Assembly (NCBI GenBank): GCA_905182185.1
Contig: CAJJAP010000004.1
Coordinates: forward strand, 72,178-136,177
Length of the DNA: 64,000 bases
DNA from: an uncultured Candidatus Poseidoniales archaeon
GTDB lineage: Archaea > Thermoplasmatota > Poseidoniia > Poseidoniales > Poseidoniaceae
Direction: 5' to 3'
Positions within the stretch are counted from its first letter, which is position 1; the number at the start of each line of letters is the position of its first letter. The position numbers and the translations under genes are program-made. The notes under the pieces are model-generated. The model searched no databases, was not told the origin of the DNA, and was given only the letters and a program-made list of their open reading frames with translations. Below, in pieces: positions 9,551 through 19,693 of this stretch.

Positions 9551-10123
9551 ATGGGTGAAGTAGTAGTAGCAATAACCGGCGCATCTGGTGCAATATACGG
9601 CAAACGCCTTACTGAATGCCTGTCAAATCTTGGAGTCCAAGTAAGACTTGTTGTGACTGCATCTGGAGAACTTACACTCGCACATGAATGTCAAACCGAT
9701 AAAGAAACCATCGCTGCAAACTATTCTGTTATCCTTGAAGATGGAAAAAATGTCGCAGCGAAGTCTGCCTCTGGTTCTGCAAATATTGATGCTGTAGTCA
9801 TTTGCCCATGTTCAGGGACTACTTTGGGCAAACTAGCTGCAGGAATCGGTGATAATTTAGTTACACGTTCTGCAATCGTTGCATTAAAGGAAAGACGCAA
9901 ATTGATAATAGTTCCACGCGAAGCCCCTTATGCTACTGCCCATCTTGAAAATATGGCGAAACTATCAGCTTGGAATACGATCGTTATTCCAGCATCTCCT
10001 GGATTTTACAACCATCCTCAATCAATCGATGATATGGTCGACTTTATTGTTGCAAGAATACTTGACCAATTGGGACTAGAGCATGACATTGGCAAGCGAT
10101 GGACCGGCGAAGAAATCCCATAA
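9551..10123 (+). CDS. ubiX: Flavin prenyltransferase UbiX/Pad1 family
   Basis: MGEVVVAITGASGAIYG, VICPCSGTTLGKLA, IVPREAPY. Track ORF begins at 9527; 9551 fits the family N-terminus. Confidence 0.85.
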   Translation: MGEVVVAITGASGAIYGKRLTECLSNLGVQVRLVVTASGELTLAHECQTDKETIAANYSVILEDGKNVAAKSASGSANIDAVVICPCSGTTLGKLAAGIGDNLVTRSAIVALKERRKLIIVPREAPYATAHLENMAKLSAWNTIVIPASPGFYNHPQSIDDMVDFIVARILDQLGLEHDIGKRWTGEEIP

Positions 10124-10184
10124 TACTAATCATAATACCATTTAGTTCATCAAGGTCGGGCTAATAGCCCCCTATGGTGCAAAA

Positions 10185-10838
10185 ATGTCCGACACAGATT
10201 ACAATTCATTAAAAGTGTCCGAGTTAAAGGAACTTTGCAAAACAAATGCACTCCCAGTATCTGGAACTAAGGCCCAATTGATTGAACGTCTATCGGCTAA
10301 TCAGACAACCAAATCCATTCCACCGCAATCGGTTACAGAAGCGATATTAGTTGATACCGATTCCGATGAAAATTACCTCGAGTTAGAAGAAAAGTCGGAG
10401 ATTTCAAGCAATTCTTCCACTTTGCAAAGAATGATAGCACCACTCTCTGGTCCACATAATCTCAAAATAATAGCGGCAATCGGTCTTTCTTTGCTGATGA
10501 TTTCAGCAGTTCTTATTATTCAACCTGCGTGGCTTGGATTTGAAGATGAACTTGAATTTGAATTGATTGAGTTTGATGCATCTATGGCTAGAGGCTATGC
10601 TCAGAGCCTCGTTGATCTCGGCCACCCAGATTGGGAAGGCAGAATGAGCGGCACTGATGAAGAAGCAGCCGCTGCACAATTTATTGAGCAGCATTTCAAA
10701 TCGCTTGGGATGACAACTACCCTCCATTCATATGAGGTCCAGATGCACCATGTAAATGCAGAACCATCTCTACAAGTTTGTACTCCAGGCAATCTCCCAA
10801 TTCCTCGTACCACCATGTTCGGCTCTCGATATTGGTAG
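10185..10838 (+). CDS. M28-family aminopeptidase, fragment 1 of 3: N-terminal SAP domain, TM helix, start of ectodomain
   Basis: LKVSELKELCKTNALPVSGTKAQLIERL (SAP). Hydrophobic IIAAIGLSLLMISAVLII. The frame ends at 10838 while the +1 frame continues. Confidence 0.7.
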   Translation: MSDTDYNSLKVSELKELCKTNALPVSGTKAQLIERLSANQTTKSIPPQSVTEAILVDTDSDENYLELEEKSEISSNSSTLQRMIAPLSGPHNLKIIAAIGLSLLMISAVLIIQPAWLGFEDELEFELIEFDASMARGYAQSLVDLGHPDWEGRMSGTDEEAAAAQFIEQHFKSLGMTTTLHSYEVQMHHVNAEPSLQVCTPGNLPIPRTTMFGSRYW

Positions 10839-11535
10839 TGTTGCATATACCTTTGAACATCGAATTGACTATGTGATTCAAGGATTCAGTGGAAGGAGCT
10901 TCATACAATTCGGTGATAATGCCCCAGTTGTTGATTTAGGAAATGGTTCTGAAGATTCTCTTTGGCAAGAAGCGAGTGGAGGTATTGGCTATGTTAGGGG
11001 TGGTGGCTCAATTACTGGTAATACAGCATTGATGAGTAAGGCTGCAGAAAATGACTTGGTGTCATTAATCAGAGTAAATAAGGATTATAATTGTGGAAAA
11101 GTAGAGGCAACTGATTGCGTACCAATTTTCAAGGGCACCTCTATAGAAGCAATTACAGAAGCAAACGGTGGTAGCATACCAAGCGAGTTATCATTCATTG
11201 CAATGTCTAAGGATGCTGGAGAAATATTAGAAGCTGCAGTAATCAATGGCTCAGGAACTATCTCGCTCGACATAGATGTCACTAATGACGGCACTAGAAC
11301 AATATACGTGCCTTGTGGAGAATTCAAAGGTAAATCTTCCGAAGTAGTAATCGCTGGAGCACATCACGATACAGTCTACAACGGGCCTGGTGCAATTGAT
11401 GACACTTCAGGTTCTGCTAGTATAATGGAGATGTCAAGACAAATTTCCAAAATCGTTAACGAATCCGGAACACCTGATAGAACAATACAGATTCTGCACA
11501 TGGGGTGGAGAAGAAGAAGGGCTTTACGGCAGTAG
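10756..11535 (+). CDS. M28-family aminopeptidase, fragment 2 of 3
   Basis: GAHHDTVYNGPGAIDDTSGSASIMEMSR carries the Zn-ligand H and D motifs. Confidence 0.8.
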   Translation: MQNHLYKFVLQAISQFLVPPCSALDIGSVAYTFEHRIDYVIQGFSGRSFIQFGDNAPVVDLGNGSEDSLWQEASGGIGYVRGGGSITGNTALMSKAAENDLVSLIRVNKDYNCGKVEATDCVPIFKGTSIEAITEANGGSIPSELSFIAMSKDAGEILEAAVINGSGTISLDIDVTNDGTRTIYVPCGEFKGKSSEVVIAGAHHDTVYNGPGAIDDTSGSASIMEMSRQISKIVNESGTPDRTIQILHMGWRRRRALRQ

Positions 11536-11551
11536 AGCCTATGTCAATGAA

Positions 11552-11992
11552 ATGAAGGATGATTTGAAAAGAAATCTACGCCTATACATAAATTTGGATA
11601 TGAATCATGTAGATGCTGATTTTGCTAACCGTGGTAATTCATTGACATTGTTCACAAACAGTATGGACGATTATAGAAATGTTGAAAGCATCAAAAAAGA
11701 ATATATTTCCACATATCCGGATATTGCTAATAGATACGAAATTCGCATGTCTGCGCTATTAGGGGATAAGGGCGACAAAGATGGAATGCCGTACAATTCG
11801 GATCATGGACCATTTGTCTATGATTTAGGGAGTGGTGCAAACGGTAGAGCCGTCGTATGCTATGGTAGTGGAAGTTGGGAGTATCACACTTACAAAGACA
11901 ATATGGAACGTTTTAACGAAGAATCACTGGGTGTATCTGTTACAATTTATGGGACATATTTGAGTGCCTTAGCCTACAATATCGATTCTTGA
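11552..11992 (+). CDS. M28-family aminopeptidase, fragment 3 of 3 (frame open from 11426)
   Basis: Upstream in this frame: FCTWGGEEEGLYGSRAYV. Then YINLDM and NSDHGPF metal-ligand motifs. Confidence 0.8.
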   Translation: MKDDLKRNLRLYINLDMNHVDADFANRGNSLTLFTNSMDDYRNVESIKKEYISTYPDIANRYEIRMSALLGDKGDKDGMPYNSDHGPFVYDLGSGANGRAVVCYGSGSWEYHTYKDNMERFNEESLGVSVTIYGTYLSALAYNIDS

Positions 11993-12032
11993 TATTCAAA
12001 AGAGTTGAAGAATAGAATCTCATAGCCCTTTC

Positions 12033-12326
12033 ATGGTCGCACCTAATGCATGGGCAAGTCACATTTTGGTTGAATCTAAATCTGAAGCGGTACAGATTAT
12101 GGATAAAATTTCAAAGTTGAAAGATTTTCAAAAATTAGCAAGGAAAAAGAGTTCTTGTCCTTCTGCCCAAAAAGGTGGAGATTTGGGTTGGTTTCGCAAA
12201 GGAAATATGGTTAAGGAGTTTGAACTAGCGGTATGGGCTACTCCTTTGAAAACAGTCTCACCACCTGTAAAGACTCAATTCGGATACCATCTTATTTGGG
12301 TTCACGAAAGAGATTCTGAAGACTGA
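12033..12326 (+). CDS. Parvulin-type peptidyl-prolyl cis-trans isomerase (PpiC family)
   Basis: ASHILV, CPSAQKGGDLGWFRKGNMVKEFE, FGYHLIWV. Confidence 0.88.
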   Translation: MVAPNAWASHILVESKSEAVQIMDKISKLKDFQKLARKKSSCPSAQKGGDLGWFRKGNMVKEFELAVWATPLKTVSPPVKTQFGYHLIWVHERDSED

Positions 12327-12698
12327 GTGATCACTATGACTATCACTGTTGCTTTAGAGAACTATACCGTTATGGCCAAGCATGGCTATTACGAATTCGA
12401 GCATGAGCAAAATCAACCTTTTAATTTCAGTGTATGGGCGACAATAATAGATCATAGCATTGCAGGTAAGTTAACAAATACTTTGAATTATGCAGATATA
12501 CAAATTGCAATTGATGCTGAAATTATTGATTCTAAACCGATTGGGTTAATGGAAACAATGAGTGAAAGAATAATCAAAAACCTTTCCACTAATGAAATGG
12601 TTTCCAAAATAAAAATTAGAATTGAGAAGCCACAAGCACCTCTACCTCACCCAGGCGGCTTAGCCGTCATTGAGATGCAATGGGTTCGCCCCCAATAA
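12327..12698 (+). CDS. folB: Dihydroneopterin aldolase-like protein (FolB family)
   Basis: ~120 aa with a GYYEFEHEQNQPFNFSVW pattern resembling FolB. Start is GTG 12327 or ATG 12336. Confidence 0.6.
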   Translation: MITMTITVALENYTVMAKHGYYEFEHEQNQPFNFSVWATIIDHSIAGKLTNTLNYADIQIAIDAEIIDSKPIGLMETMSERIIKNLSTNEMVSKIKIRIEKPQAPLPHPGGLAVIEMQWVRPQ

Positions 12699-12771
12699 CC
12701 GGCTAGCAAATTGCAATTTGGTTACAAGTTTTTGCGTAAGTATTGAAGGGCTTCACATCGAGGGCGTTGTA

Positions 12772-13278
12772 ATGGCCGATACTCCGAGTCGCGTATTTGT
12801 TCCAACTGCAGTTGAGGCAGATGGTAAGGCCATTGGCATGGGTTGCTTTAGTTCAGAAGAGACTGCTTGGCTGGTATTACGTACTTTTCTAAAGAAAAGT
12901 GATCTTATGAATTTAAAATCTGCAAGCATAGTTATTTGGGAAATTGATATTGTTGGAGATGATGCAATGACCGTTCTATCTACAATTGAATGCAAAACTT
13001 GTCCTGTCTGTAAACGCAATACTTTTTGGTTAGATTTATCACAATTCAGCGCACTATGTCATGGGACGTCGTGCGCTGCGTGGGTTGAGGAAAGTACAGT
13101 GGAGCCGGGAATCATAGACTGTGGATGGCCTGCAATACAATTCTTAAAGCAAACAAGTTCAATAAAAGAGGCATTCAAAGAATTATACAAATTGGGCGAC
13201 CGCCTAACAGCTGCAGGTCAAGGTGAACAAATCGCTGGTACTGCTGAAGGAATGTTAGGAGAATTCCAAAATTCTTAG
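12772..13278 (+). CDS. Hypothetical protein with a Cys-rich (zinc-ribbon-like) segment
   Basis: CKTCPVCKRN...CHGTSC. Start set at MADTPSRV; the track ORF from 12670 overlaps folB. Confidence 0.45.
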   Translation: MADTPSRVFVPTAVEADGKAIGMGCFSSEETAWLVLRTFLKKSDLMNLKSASIVIWEIDIVGDDAMTVLSTIECKTCPVCKRNTFWLDLSQFSALCHGTSCAAWVEESTVEPGIIDCGWPAIQFLKQTSSIKEAFKELYKLGDRLTAAGQGEQIAGTAEGMLGEFQNS

Positions 13279-13371
13279 TTCTCAAATTAGTTGTAATACA
13301 ATTGATGCAATGAATGGTAGAGCGAATACAAGTATTTGCATTCTTGGTTATCTGTTGCTTTCGGCGAATTA

Positions 13372-13620
13372 TTAAACCAGTTGGAGAACGATTGAAGCGA
13401 TAAATGGTAAAGCGAATATACCAAAGAATACAAGCATTAAGACTCTAATTTGTTTCTGATTCTTCTCATTCTTCTCATTCTTAGTGAAACACTCTTCTTG
13501 CTTGCAAACCCTTGGTTCTGTTTTTGATGGAATTGCTTCTTGGCAAATCCTGCAATGCTTATGCGGCTGTACTCGGTTGCTATTGCGTGAATTTTTCGTA
13601 TTACTTGCTGATTCCGACAT
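13372..13620 (-). CDS. Small tail-anchored protein with an N-terminal Cys motif
   Basis: HKHCRICQE...VCKQEEC, then a K/N/E-rich linker and C-terminal TM helix VLMLVFFGIFALPFIASIVLQLV. Confidence 0.45.
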   Translation of the reverse strand: MSESASNTKNSRNSNRVQPHKHCRICQEAIPSKTEPRVCKQEECFTKNEKNEKNQKQIRVLMLVFFGIFALPFIASIVLQLV

Positions 13621-13629
13621 TTTCTCACC

Positions 13630-14337
13630 TCATGAAGTTATTAGTGTACCATCGAATGGTTGCCCATCTAATGCTTGTTCTAATGTTGAAATTTGGCGCC
13701 CATCTAAGACCGCTAAATCAATACAGGAATCTTTTGCCCAACCAACTGCTATTGGGTCAATAACCGCTGAAGCACCGGGTGCAAGCGGCTCACCGATTCC
13801 GGTAATCTCCGCCAACTCATCTATTGTCAATTTGGTCAGTGATTGAGCATCATCAAATTCTCTAGGATCTTTATCATAGACATGACTCACATTAGTTGCG
13901 ATAATACAGGTCCTTGAACCTGCATCTCTAGCAAAGGCAACTGCTACTGCATCTGTTGTATGTCCCGGAGTTGTCCCACCCATTACCACAAAATTGTATT
14001 TTTCTAATAATTCGGCAGACTCAGAAGTTGTGTGTGGGATTGAAGGCGCCACATTACAGCCGATATCAAGCAAGATTTGTTGAATTACTGTTGCATTCAA
14101 TCTTGTTGCTGCAATGCCAACTCGGTCTAATTTATCAGATGCTGAAACACAAGTTTTTGCTAATTCAATAGCCTCTCTTGCCGGAAGACCTCCACCTATG
14201 ACTATGCCAACTCTTCGACCATTACCTTCCAAGTGGACTGCTAGTTGCCTTAGTTGACCGAACCATGCACTGCGTTGTTCGGATTCCTCCGGCCGCAACA
14301 GACTGCCTCCTAATGCAACGATGTGACGACTTGTCAT
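13630..14337 (-). CDS. pyrH: Uridylate (UMP) kinase, archaeal type
   Basis: VVALGGSLL, VIGGGLPAREAI, GIAATRLNA, VMGGTTPGHTTD. Confidence 0.88.
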   Translation of the reverse strand: MTSRHIVALGGSLLRPEESEQRSAWFGQLRQLAVHLEGNGRRVGIVIGGGLPAREAIELAKTCVSASDKLDRVGIAATRLNATVIQQILLDIGCNVAPSIPHTTSESAELLEKYNFVVMGGTTPGHTTDAVAVAFARDAGSRTCIIATNVSHVYDKDPREFDDAQSLTKLTIDELAEITGIGEPLAPGASAVIDPIAVGWAKDSCIDLAVLDGRQISTLEQALDGQPFDGTLITS

Positions 14338-14540
14338 CGGCCTTCCCTCACAGCCCCTATTCTTTGAGCATATCCCTTGTGATTATTGACATAGAGCCAA
14401 TTATTAAGTTTCAATTAAATTCTATCCCAATGAATAGGAAATTTATCAAAGTAACTTGCTTGAGAACTTCAAAGTTAATTCAACAAAGGTGCGAGGGTTG
14501 AAAACCCCTCGTCTCTGCCACTAAATTAGAGGCGTAGACT

Positions 14541-15788
14541 GTGTCAGATGATGTTGAACTTGCTTCTCGCCGACTCCGTCTCAAGATGGCATTGGAAGAC
14601 CTTCGTGAAATGAAGGGTTTTGGCACTGAACTAGTCAGTATTATCATTCCACCAGACCGCCAAGTATCCGATGCTCGGCAACTACTTCAAAATGAACACG
14701 GCCAAGCTGCAAATATCAAATCTAAAGGTACTCGTAAAAATGTCCAAGGGGCAATTGATTCCGCACTTTCTTCACTTTCAAAAATAAAAAATGCTGGAGA
14801 AAATGGTATCGCCCTATTCGTTGGTTCAATCATCGTTGGAAATAATAGAAATCGTATGATCAATGTATTGGTTGAGAATCCACCTCAACCTCTTTTGTCA
14901 TTTCGCTATCGTTGTGATTCAACTTTTGAATTAACCCAACTTGAAGATATGCTTATCGACAGAAAGTCATATGGATTATTCGTTATTGATAGATCTGAAG
15001 CTGCATTTGGAATAGCCACCGGAAAAAGAATACATGTCCAAGAGCATTTAGTTTCCAATATCATGGGTAAGCACCGCCAAGGAGGTCAATCAGCACAACG
15101 TTTCGAGAGACTTATTGAAGAGGCTGCACACAAGTTCTTCAAGCGAGCCAGTGAGCATGCCTGTGATTACTGGCTACCAAATTTGGAAAACATCCAAGCA
15201 ATAATTGTCGGTGGACCAGGTGCTACAAAGGATTTCGTTGTCAAGAACGATTATTTCCATCACGAAATCGTTAAGATAATTGCTAAAACTACTTTTGATG
15301 TAGGATATTCCAACGAGAGTGGAATCCGTGAATTGGTCGGCAATGCTGGACAGATGATGGGAGAAATAGAACTTGACGCTGAGCGTAAAGTCATGGATGT
15401 ATTCCTTTCGGAATTGATTAAAACCCACCCAAAGGCAACATATGGCCAACAAATGGTTAAGCAAGCGCTTGACCAAGGTGCAGTTCAAAAATTACTTATT
15501 TCCGAAGCATTGCGAAAGAATACAATAACCCTGCAATGCGCCGGATGTAGACATCAATGGAAAATTACAATTGGCCGTATGGAAGCAATGCCAAATTGTC
15601 CTTCTTGTGATGTTTCTGGAGATAAAGCCAAGGAACTTGAAAATGTCTCCCTAATTGATGAACTGAGTGTAATGGCAGTCAAATCAAATACCGAACTTGT
15701 ATATATCTCGGTTGATACAGAGGAAGGGTCTCAACTAATGCAGGGATTTGGCGGTCTTGCAGCAATATTACGTTATCCGTGGGTGTGA
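14541..15788 (+). CDS. prf1: Peptide chain release factor aRF1
   Basis: NIKS and GGQSAQRF motifs. C-terminal zinc-ribbon insert CxxC...CxxC. GTG start. Confidence 0.93.
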   Translation: MSDDVELASRRLRLKMALEDLREMKGFGTELVSIIIPPDRQVSDARQLLQNEHGQAANIKSKGTRKNVQGAIDSALSSLSKIKNAGENGIALFVGSIIVGNNRNRMINVLVENPPQPLLSFRYRCDSTFELTQLEDMLIDRKSYGLFVIDRSEAAFGIATGKRIHVQEHLVSNIMGKHRQGGQSAQRFERLIEEAAHKFFKRASEHACDYWLPNLENIQAIIVGGPGATKDFVVKNDYFHHEIVKIIAKTTFDVGYSNESGIRELVGNAGQMMGEIELDAERKVMDVFLSELIKTHPKATYGQQMVKQALDQGAVQKLLISEALRKNTITLQCAGCRHQWKITIGRMEAMPNCPSCDVSGDKAKELENVSLIDELSVMAVKSNTELVYISVDTEEGSQLMQGFGGLAAILRYPWV

Positions 15789-15798
15789 GGTGAATTGA

Positions 15799-16410
15799 TT
15801 GAAACTTCTACGAGATGAGATTGAACAACTGATTGGCCAGGCCCTTGTCAAGGCCGGTATTTCTGGTGATAATTGGCGCCAAATGTTAGCACCTAGCCGT
15901 GATACATCTCAAGGAGACCTTTCACTTCCATGTTTCCCTTTGGCAAAACAATTGTCAAGAAATCCGGTTGAATTGGCGCAAGCCATTGCTGACGAAATCT
16001 CTTCTAACCCAGCGATAGGTGAAGTTTCTGCAGTTGGTGGATATCTTAACATCAAAGCCAATATGAATTGGCTAGCAAAACAAGTCTTGACTGGTAAAGT
16101 TCGTATTGGTGATCCTTTGGGAACGATGAATAGTACGGGAAGAAAAGTCCTCATTGAACATACATCTGCAAACCCAAATGGACCATTTCACGTTGGTAGG
16201 GCAAGAAATGCAATACTCGGCGATTCCTTAGTTCGTCTTCATCGATTATTTGGAAACGAGGTCAGAGCAGAATATTATGTTGATGACATGGGTAAGCAAG
16301 TTGCAGTATTAGCATGGGCTCTTGCAAACCTTAGCAAGGAGGAAGTTGAGCAAACCCTAGTCCGGAAGAGACGGCGTCAATCCTCGTTGGTCGGGCAAGG
16401 CAGATCATGA
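15799..16410 (+). CDS. argS: Arginyl-tRNA synthetase, N-terminal fragment (+1 shift near 16360-16370)
   Basis: HTSANPNGPFHVGRARNAILGD (HIGH-type), YYVDDMGKQV. Ends in an implausible RKRRRQSSLVGQGRS tail. Confidence 0.88.
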   Translation: MKLLRDEIEQLIGQALVKAGISGDNWRQMLAPSRDTSQGDLSLPCFPLAKQLSRNPVELAQAIADEISSNPAIGEVSAVGGYLNIKANMNWLAKQVLTGKVRIGDPLGTMNSTGRKVLIEHTSANPNGPFHVGRARNAILGDSLVRLHRLFGNEVRAEYYVDDMGKQVAVLAWALANLSKEEVEQTLVRKRRRQSSLVGQGRS

Positions 16411-16441
16411 AACAGTTCGCTGGTACCAAGCTGCACAAAAA

Positions 16442-17578
16442 ATGCGTGAAGGTGAAAACGCACAAGCGATAGAGGATGAAATCGGAAGATTAGTTCATGC
16501 TAGCGAAAATGGTGACCAAGAGGTCCTAAATCGATTTGAAGCAGCCTACCAACCAGTTCTTGATGGAATGCTGATGACTCTTAGCAGATTAGGAATAGAT
16601 TTTGACACCTTCACTAAAGAATCCAAATTCGTCATCGATGGAGATGTAGCCAAATTGATGCAAAGACTCAGTGAAATGGAGATTTATGGTGAAGCGGAGA
16701 ATGGTGCAGGTTACCTTGATTTGGGACAACGTGGCCTAAAGGGTAAAACTGAATTCTTCTTTAGAAGAGGAGATGGTTCATCCCTCTATGCAACTAGAGA
16801 TATTGCATATCACATGTGGAAATGGCAACAGAGTGATGACTTGATAAATGTTCTAGGAGAAGATCATAAATTACAAGGCAAGCAAGTTGCAATGGCTCTT
16901 ACCGAACTGGGAGAAAGAGTCCCAGAGGTACTGTTCTATAGTTTTATTAAACTACCAGAAGGAAAGATGTCTACAAGAAAAGGAAACGTTGTTTTCATGG
17001 ATGATTTACTTGAAGAAGCACAAGCACAAGCCGCAACTATTGTCAGGGGACTGCGCCCTGATTATTCCGAATCAAAGGTGCTGGAAATTGCCGAGGCTGT
17101 AGGTGTTTCTGCTGTTCGTTTTAACATCATAAAAGTGAGCCCGGACAAAGGATTCACATTCCGTTGGGAAGAAGCACTTGCATTTGAAGCGGGCTCAGCA
17201 CCATTCATCATGTACAGCCACACTAGAGCACATTCTGTAATGCTACGCTGTATTGAAGCGGGTGCTGATGTTGATTCCATTATAGCATCTCAAATTGATT
17301 ATTCACAGCAAGAGATGCCTACTGGACTTATAGAACTTCTAAGAACGATAGCAAGACATAACGATATACTCGACAAAGCAGTGAATATGAGAAAACCACA
17401 TCTGTTTGCCGCTCAATTACTAGATTTAGCAAATGCTTACAATGGATTTTACAGAGATTGCCACATTCTAGTTGAAGGTGTTCCTAACCCATTTTATCTG
17501 CAGGTTTCAGAAGTAGCAAGAAACCTATTGAAAACAGGAATGCAAGGTGTAGGAATAATTCCGATTGAACAAATGTAA
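16442..17578 (+). CDS. argS: Arginyl-tRNA synthetase, C-terminal fragment (frame open from 16361)
   Basis: LYATRDIAYH, VLGEDHKLQ, MSTRKGNVV, anticodon-binding DALR-type C-terminus. Confidence 0.88.
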   Translation: MREGENAQAIEDEIGRLVHASENGDQEVLNRFEAAYQPVLDGMLMTLSRLGIDFDTFTKESKFVIDGDVAKLMQRLSEMEIYGEAENGAGYLDLGQRGLKGKTEFFFRRGDGSSLYATRDIAYHMWKWQQSDDLINVLGEDHKLQGKQVAMALTELGERVPEVLFYSFIKLPEGKMSTRKGNVVFMDDLLEEAQAQAATIVRGLRPDYSESKVLEIAEAVGVSAVRFNIIKVSPDKGFTFRWEEALAFEAGSAPFIMYSHTRAHSVMLRCIEAGADVDSIIASQIDYSQQEMPTGLIELLRTIARHNDILDKAVNMRKPHLFAAQLLDLANAYNGFYRDCHILVEGVPNPFYLQVSEVARNLLKTGMQGVGIIPIEQM

Positions 17579-17579
17579 G

Positions 17580-18746
17580 TCATTCACGACGGTCCCAATC
17601 TCTTGTTTTCATATACTTCGGTTTAGCAATGTCAAGATCTCTTCGATACCATCCTTCTGGCAAACTTAGAGGGTCTATATCTCGGGCAGATTTCACTCTG
17701 CGAACAATTTCTAACCGCATAGCATCCATTCCAACGAATTCAGTTGCTGACATTGTCGGACGGCCTTGAGTGTCATAGAGCAGTGGCAATAGTGGGTCAC
17801 CTTCACTACCTTCATCTTGCCATAGCTTTTCTGCTGCAATAACTTCATCCCACATTTCTGGCTTTGGATTTAGTAAATCTGCTTTTGAAGATACAACCAA
17901 TAAATCAGTCTCAGGCAATAATCCCTTTACCTCTTCAAGAAGATTCAGTTGTTCTTCCATTGGAGTCCCACACTGCTCGCTTCCATCCAGCAAAAATAGA
18001 ACTAAAGAGCCAGTATTTTCTAATGCTGCTATCGCTTGCATTTCGATTGCGTTTCTCTTTATCATAGGCCTATCAAGCAAACCAGGCGTGTCAACTAATT
18101 GATGCTGAAGCCTTCTATGGAAGAAATGCCCAACATGTATTTGTTTAGTAGTAAATGGATAGTGATTTACTTCCATATTACCTGAACTCAATGCAGAAAT
18201 AAAGGCAGATTTACCGACATTCGGAGCACCACAGACCACAACACATGGCAACTCAGAATTAATTGTTGGTAATTTCTTGAGAGTCTCTCTAGCTTCACTT
18301 AGCCATAGTAACGATTTGCCTACTTGGCGCATAACAGAACTGATCCGACCATATGCTTCCTTTCTTGCATCATGCATCAATTCAGTCCTCGCAGTACGGA
18401 CAATTTTTTTGGAGTTCTGTCCAGAGATAGCAGTGATTCTTTTCGCAGCCCATTGTAGCATTGAAAGATGATGACGATAATCATCACACCCTACGCAGGC
18501 ATCTATCATTGCTACATCAAATTGAGGTGATTGGTCTAGGCTTGGCCAACATTCCACCATCTCAGTAAACTGACTATAGATTACATCTGCAGCGGTCTGA
18601 ACCATTCTGTTCATCTGTTTTCTTACACGAAAAACTTTGTCTGGATCATCGACTCTATCAGCTGCTTTTCGCGCTCTAGAGAAGGCTTTGTCGAGAACTT
18701 CGTCCTCCAAAAGAACTGTTGGTATTGTTCGCCATGAGACCTTCAA
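17580..18746 (-). CDS. NOG1-like GTP-binding protein (Obg/HflX superfamily)
   Basis: G1 GAPNVGKS, YPFTTK, DTPGLLDRP, SKAD, with an N-terminal NOG1-type helical domain. Confidence 0.8.
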   Translation of the reverse strand: MKVSWRTIPTVLLEDEVLDKAFSRARKAADRVDDPDKVFRVRKQMNRMVQTAADVIYSQFTEMVECWPSLDQSPQFDVAMIDACVGCDDYRHHLSMLQWAAKRITAISGQNSKKIVRTARTELMHDARKEAYGRISSVMRQVGKSLLWLSEARETLKKLPTINSELPCVVVCGAPNVGKSAFISALSSGNMEVNHYPFTTKQIHVGHFFHRRLQHQLVDTPGLLDRPMIKRNAIEMQAIAALENTGSLVLFLLDGSEQCGTPMEEQLNLLEEVKGLLPETDLLVVSSKADLLNPKPEMWDEVIAAEKLWQDEGSEGDPLLPLLYDTQGRPTMSATEFVGMDAMRLEIVRRVKSARDIDPLSLPEGWYRRDLDIAKPKYMKTRDWDRRE

Positions 18747-18919
18747 GCCTATTCCTCCATTCCATGCCGGTAGCCCATCCTTGATGAAGGCACTCCCCTA
18801 GATAAGCGACAATTATTGTACATCGAATGTTAAATCTAACATCTCAATGAACTTTTTGTCAAAGATATCCATTAAGATGGGTACGAGCGTTCAAGTAGCG
18901 TCGCCTAATCAACTACAAC

Positions 18920-19363
18920 ATGGCGAAGAAGAAGAACAGCGTTGAGTTACCAGAATGGGCGCAAACCTTGTGGGAAGAAATGGGCTCTCCAGATCTTGAA
19001 TCCAATGTTGGAATACACAATGGAAATCTGTTAGAAAGACGCCACGGCCTGCGCCGTGATGATTTGATAGAGATTCTAATGGATGCAAGAGCACTCGCTG
19101 AAGGGAACGATGGCTGGATTAAAGGTCGTTTGCTATCAAGCGGTAAGTCAAGCCTTGAGATACTAGCCGAGGATGGTAAGAATCACTATATCTCACGAGA
19201 TGTCATCGTTCAGGTTATTTTAGTGGCTCATACACGACCACCATATATTGACGATTCAGAATTACTCGCATTCGAAAGAGACGATATGAAGCGCCGTAGC
19301 AGTTTGCATGAAAAAGTAGAGAAGCAAAAAAGCGGCAACGATGACGCACACCTTTGGGGATGA
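18920..19363 (+). CDS. Hypothetical protein
   Basis: 147-aa ORF with coding-like composition and no motif I recognise. Confidence 0.4.
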   Translation: MAKKKNSVELPEWAQTLWEEMGSPDLESNVGIHNGNLLERRHGLRRDDLIEILMDARALAEGNDGWIKGRLLSSGKSSLEILAEDGKNHYISRDVIVQVILVAHTRPPYIDDSELLAFERDDMKRRSSLHEKVEKQKSGNDDAHLWG

Positions 19364-19369
19364 GAATCA

Positions 19370-19693
19370 ATGCCCGAAGGGGATGTTGGTTATTCACGCC
19401 ACGTCTTTATCTGTGGCCATCAAAGACCAGAGGGCTCTGGCAGAGCAAATTGTTTTGACAGAGGAAGTATAGATTACATGCGATCTCTAAAGTTGGCAGC
19501 TATTAAAGCAGGCTTGGGAGACATAAGAGTACAGAAATCGGGTTGCTTAGATTATTGCGACCAAGGAACTACTTGTGTTATTTATCCAGAAGGTGTATGG
19601 TATACAATCAGTGATGAAAATGACCTACTACCAATCATTGAGCATCTCAAAACGGGAAAGATTGCTGAAAAGCAACTCCTAAAATTAGACTAA
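19370..19693 (+). CDS. Thioredoxin-like [2Fe-2S] ferredoxin family protein
   Basis: HVFICGHQR...C...SGCLDYCDQG..VIYPEGVWY pattern. Confidence 0.65.
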   Translation: MPEGDVGYSRHVFICGHQRPEGSGRANCFDRGSIDYMRSLKLAAIKAGLGDIRVQKSGCLDYCDQGTTCVIYPEGVWYTISDENDLLPIIEHLKTGKIAEKQLLKLD

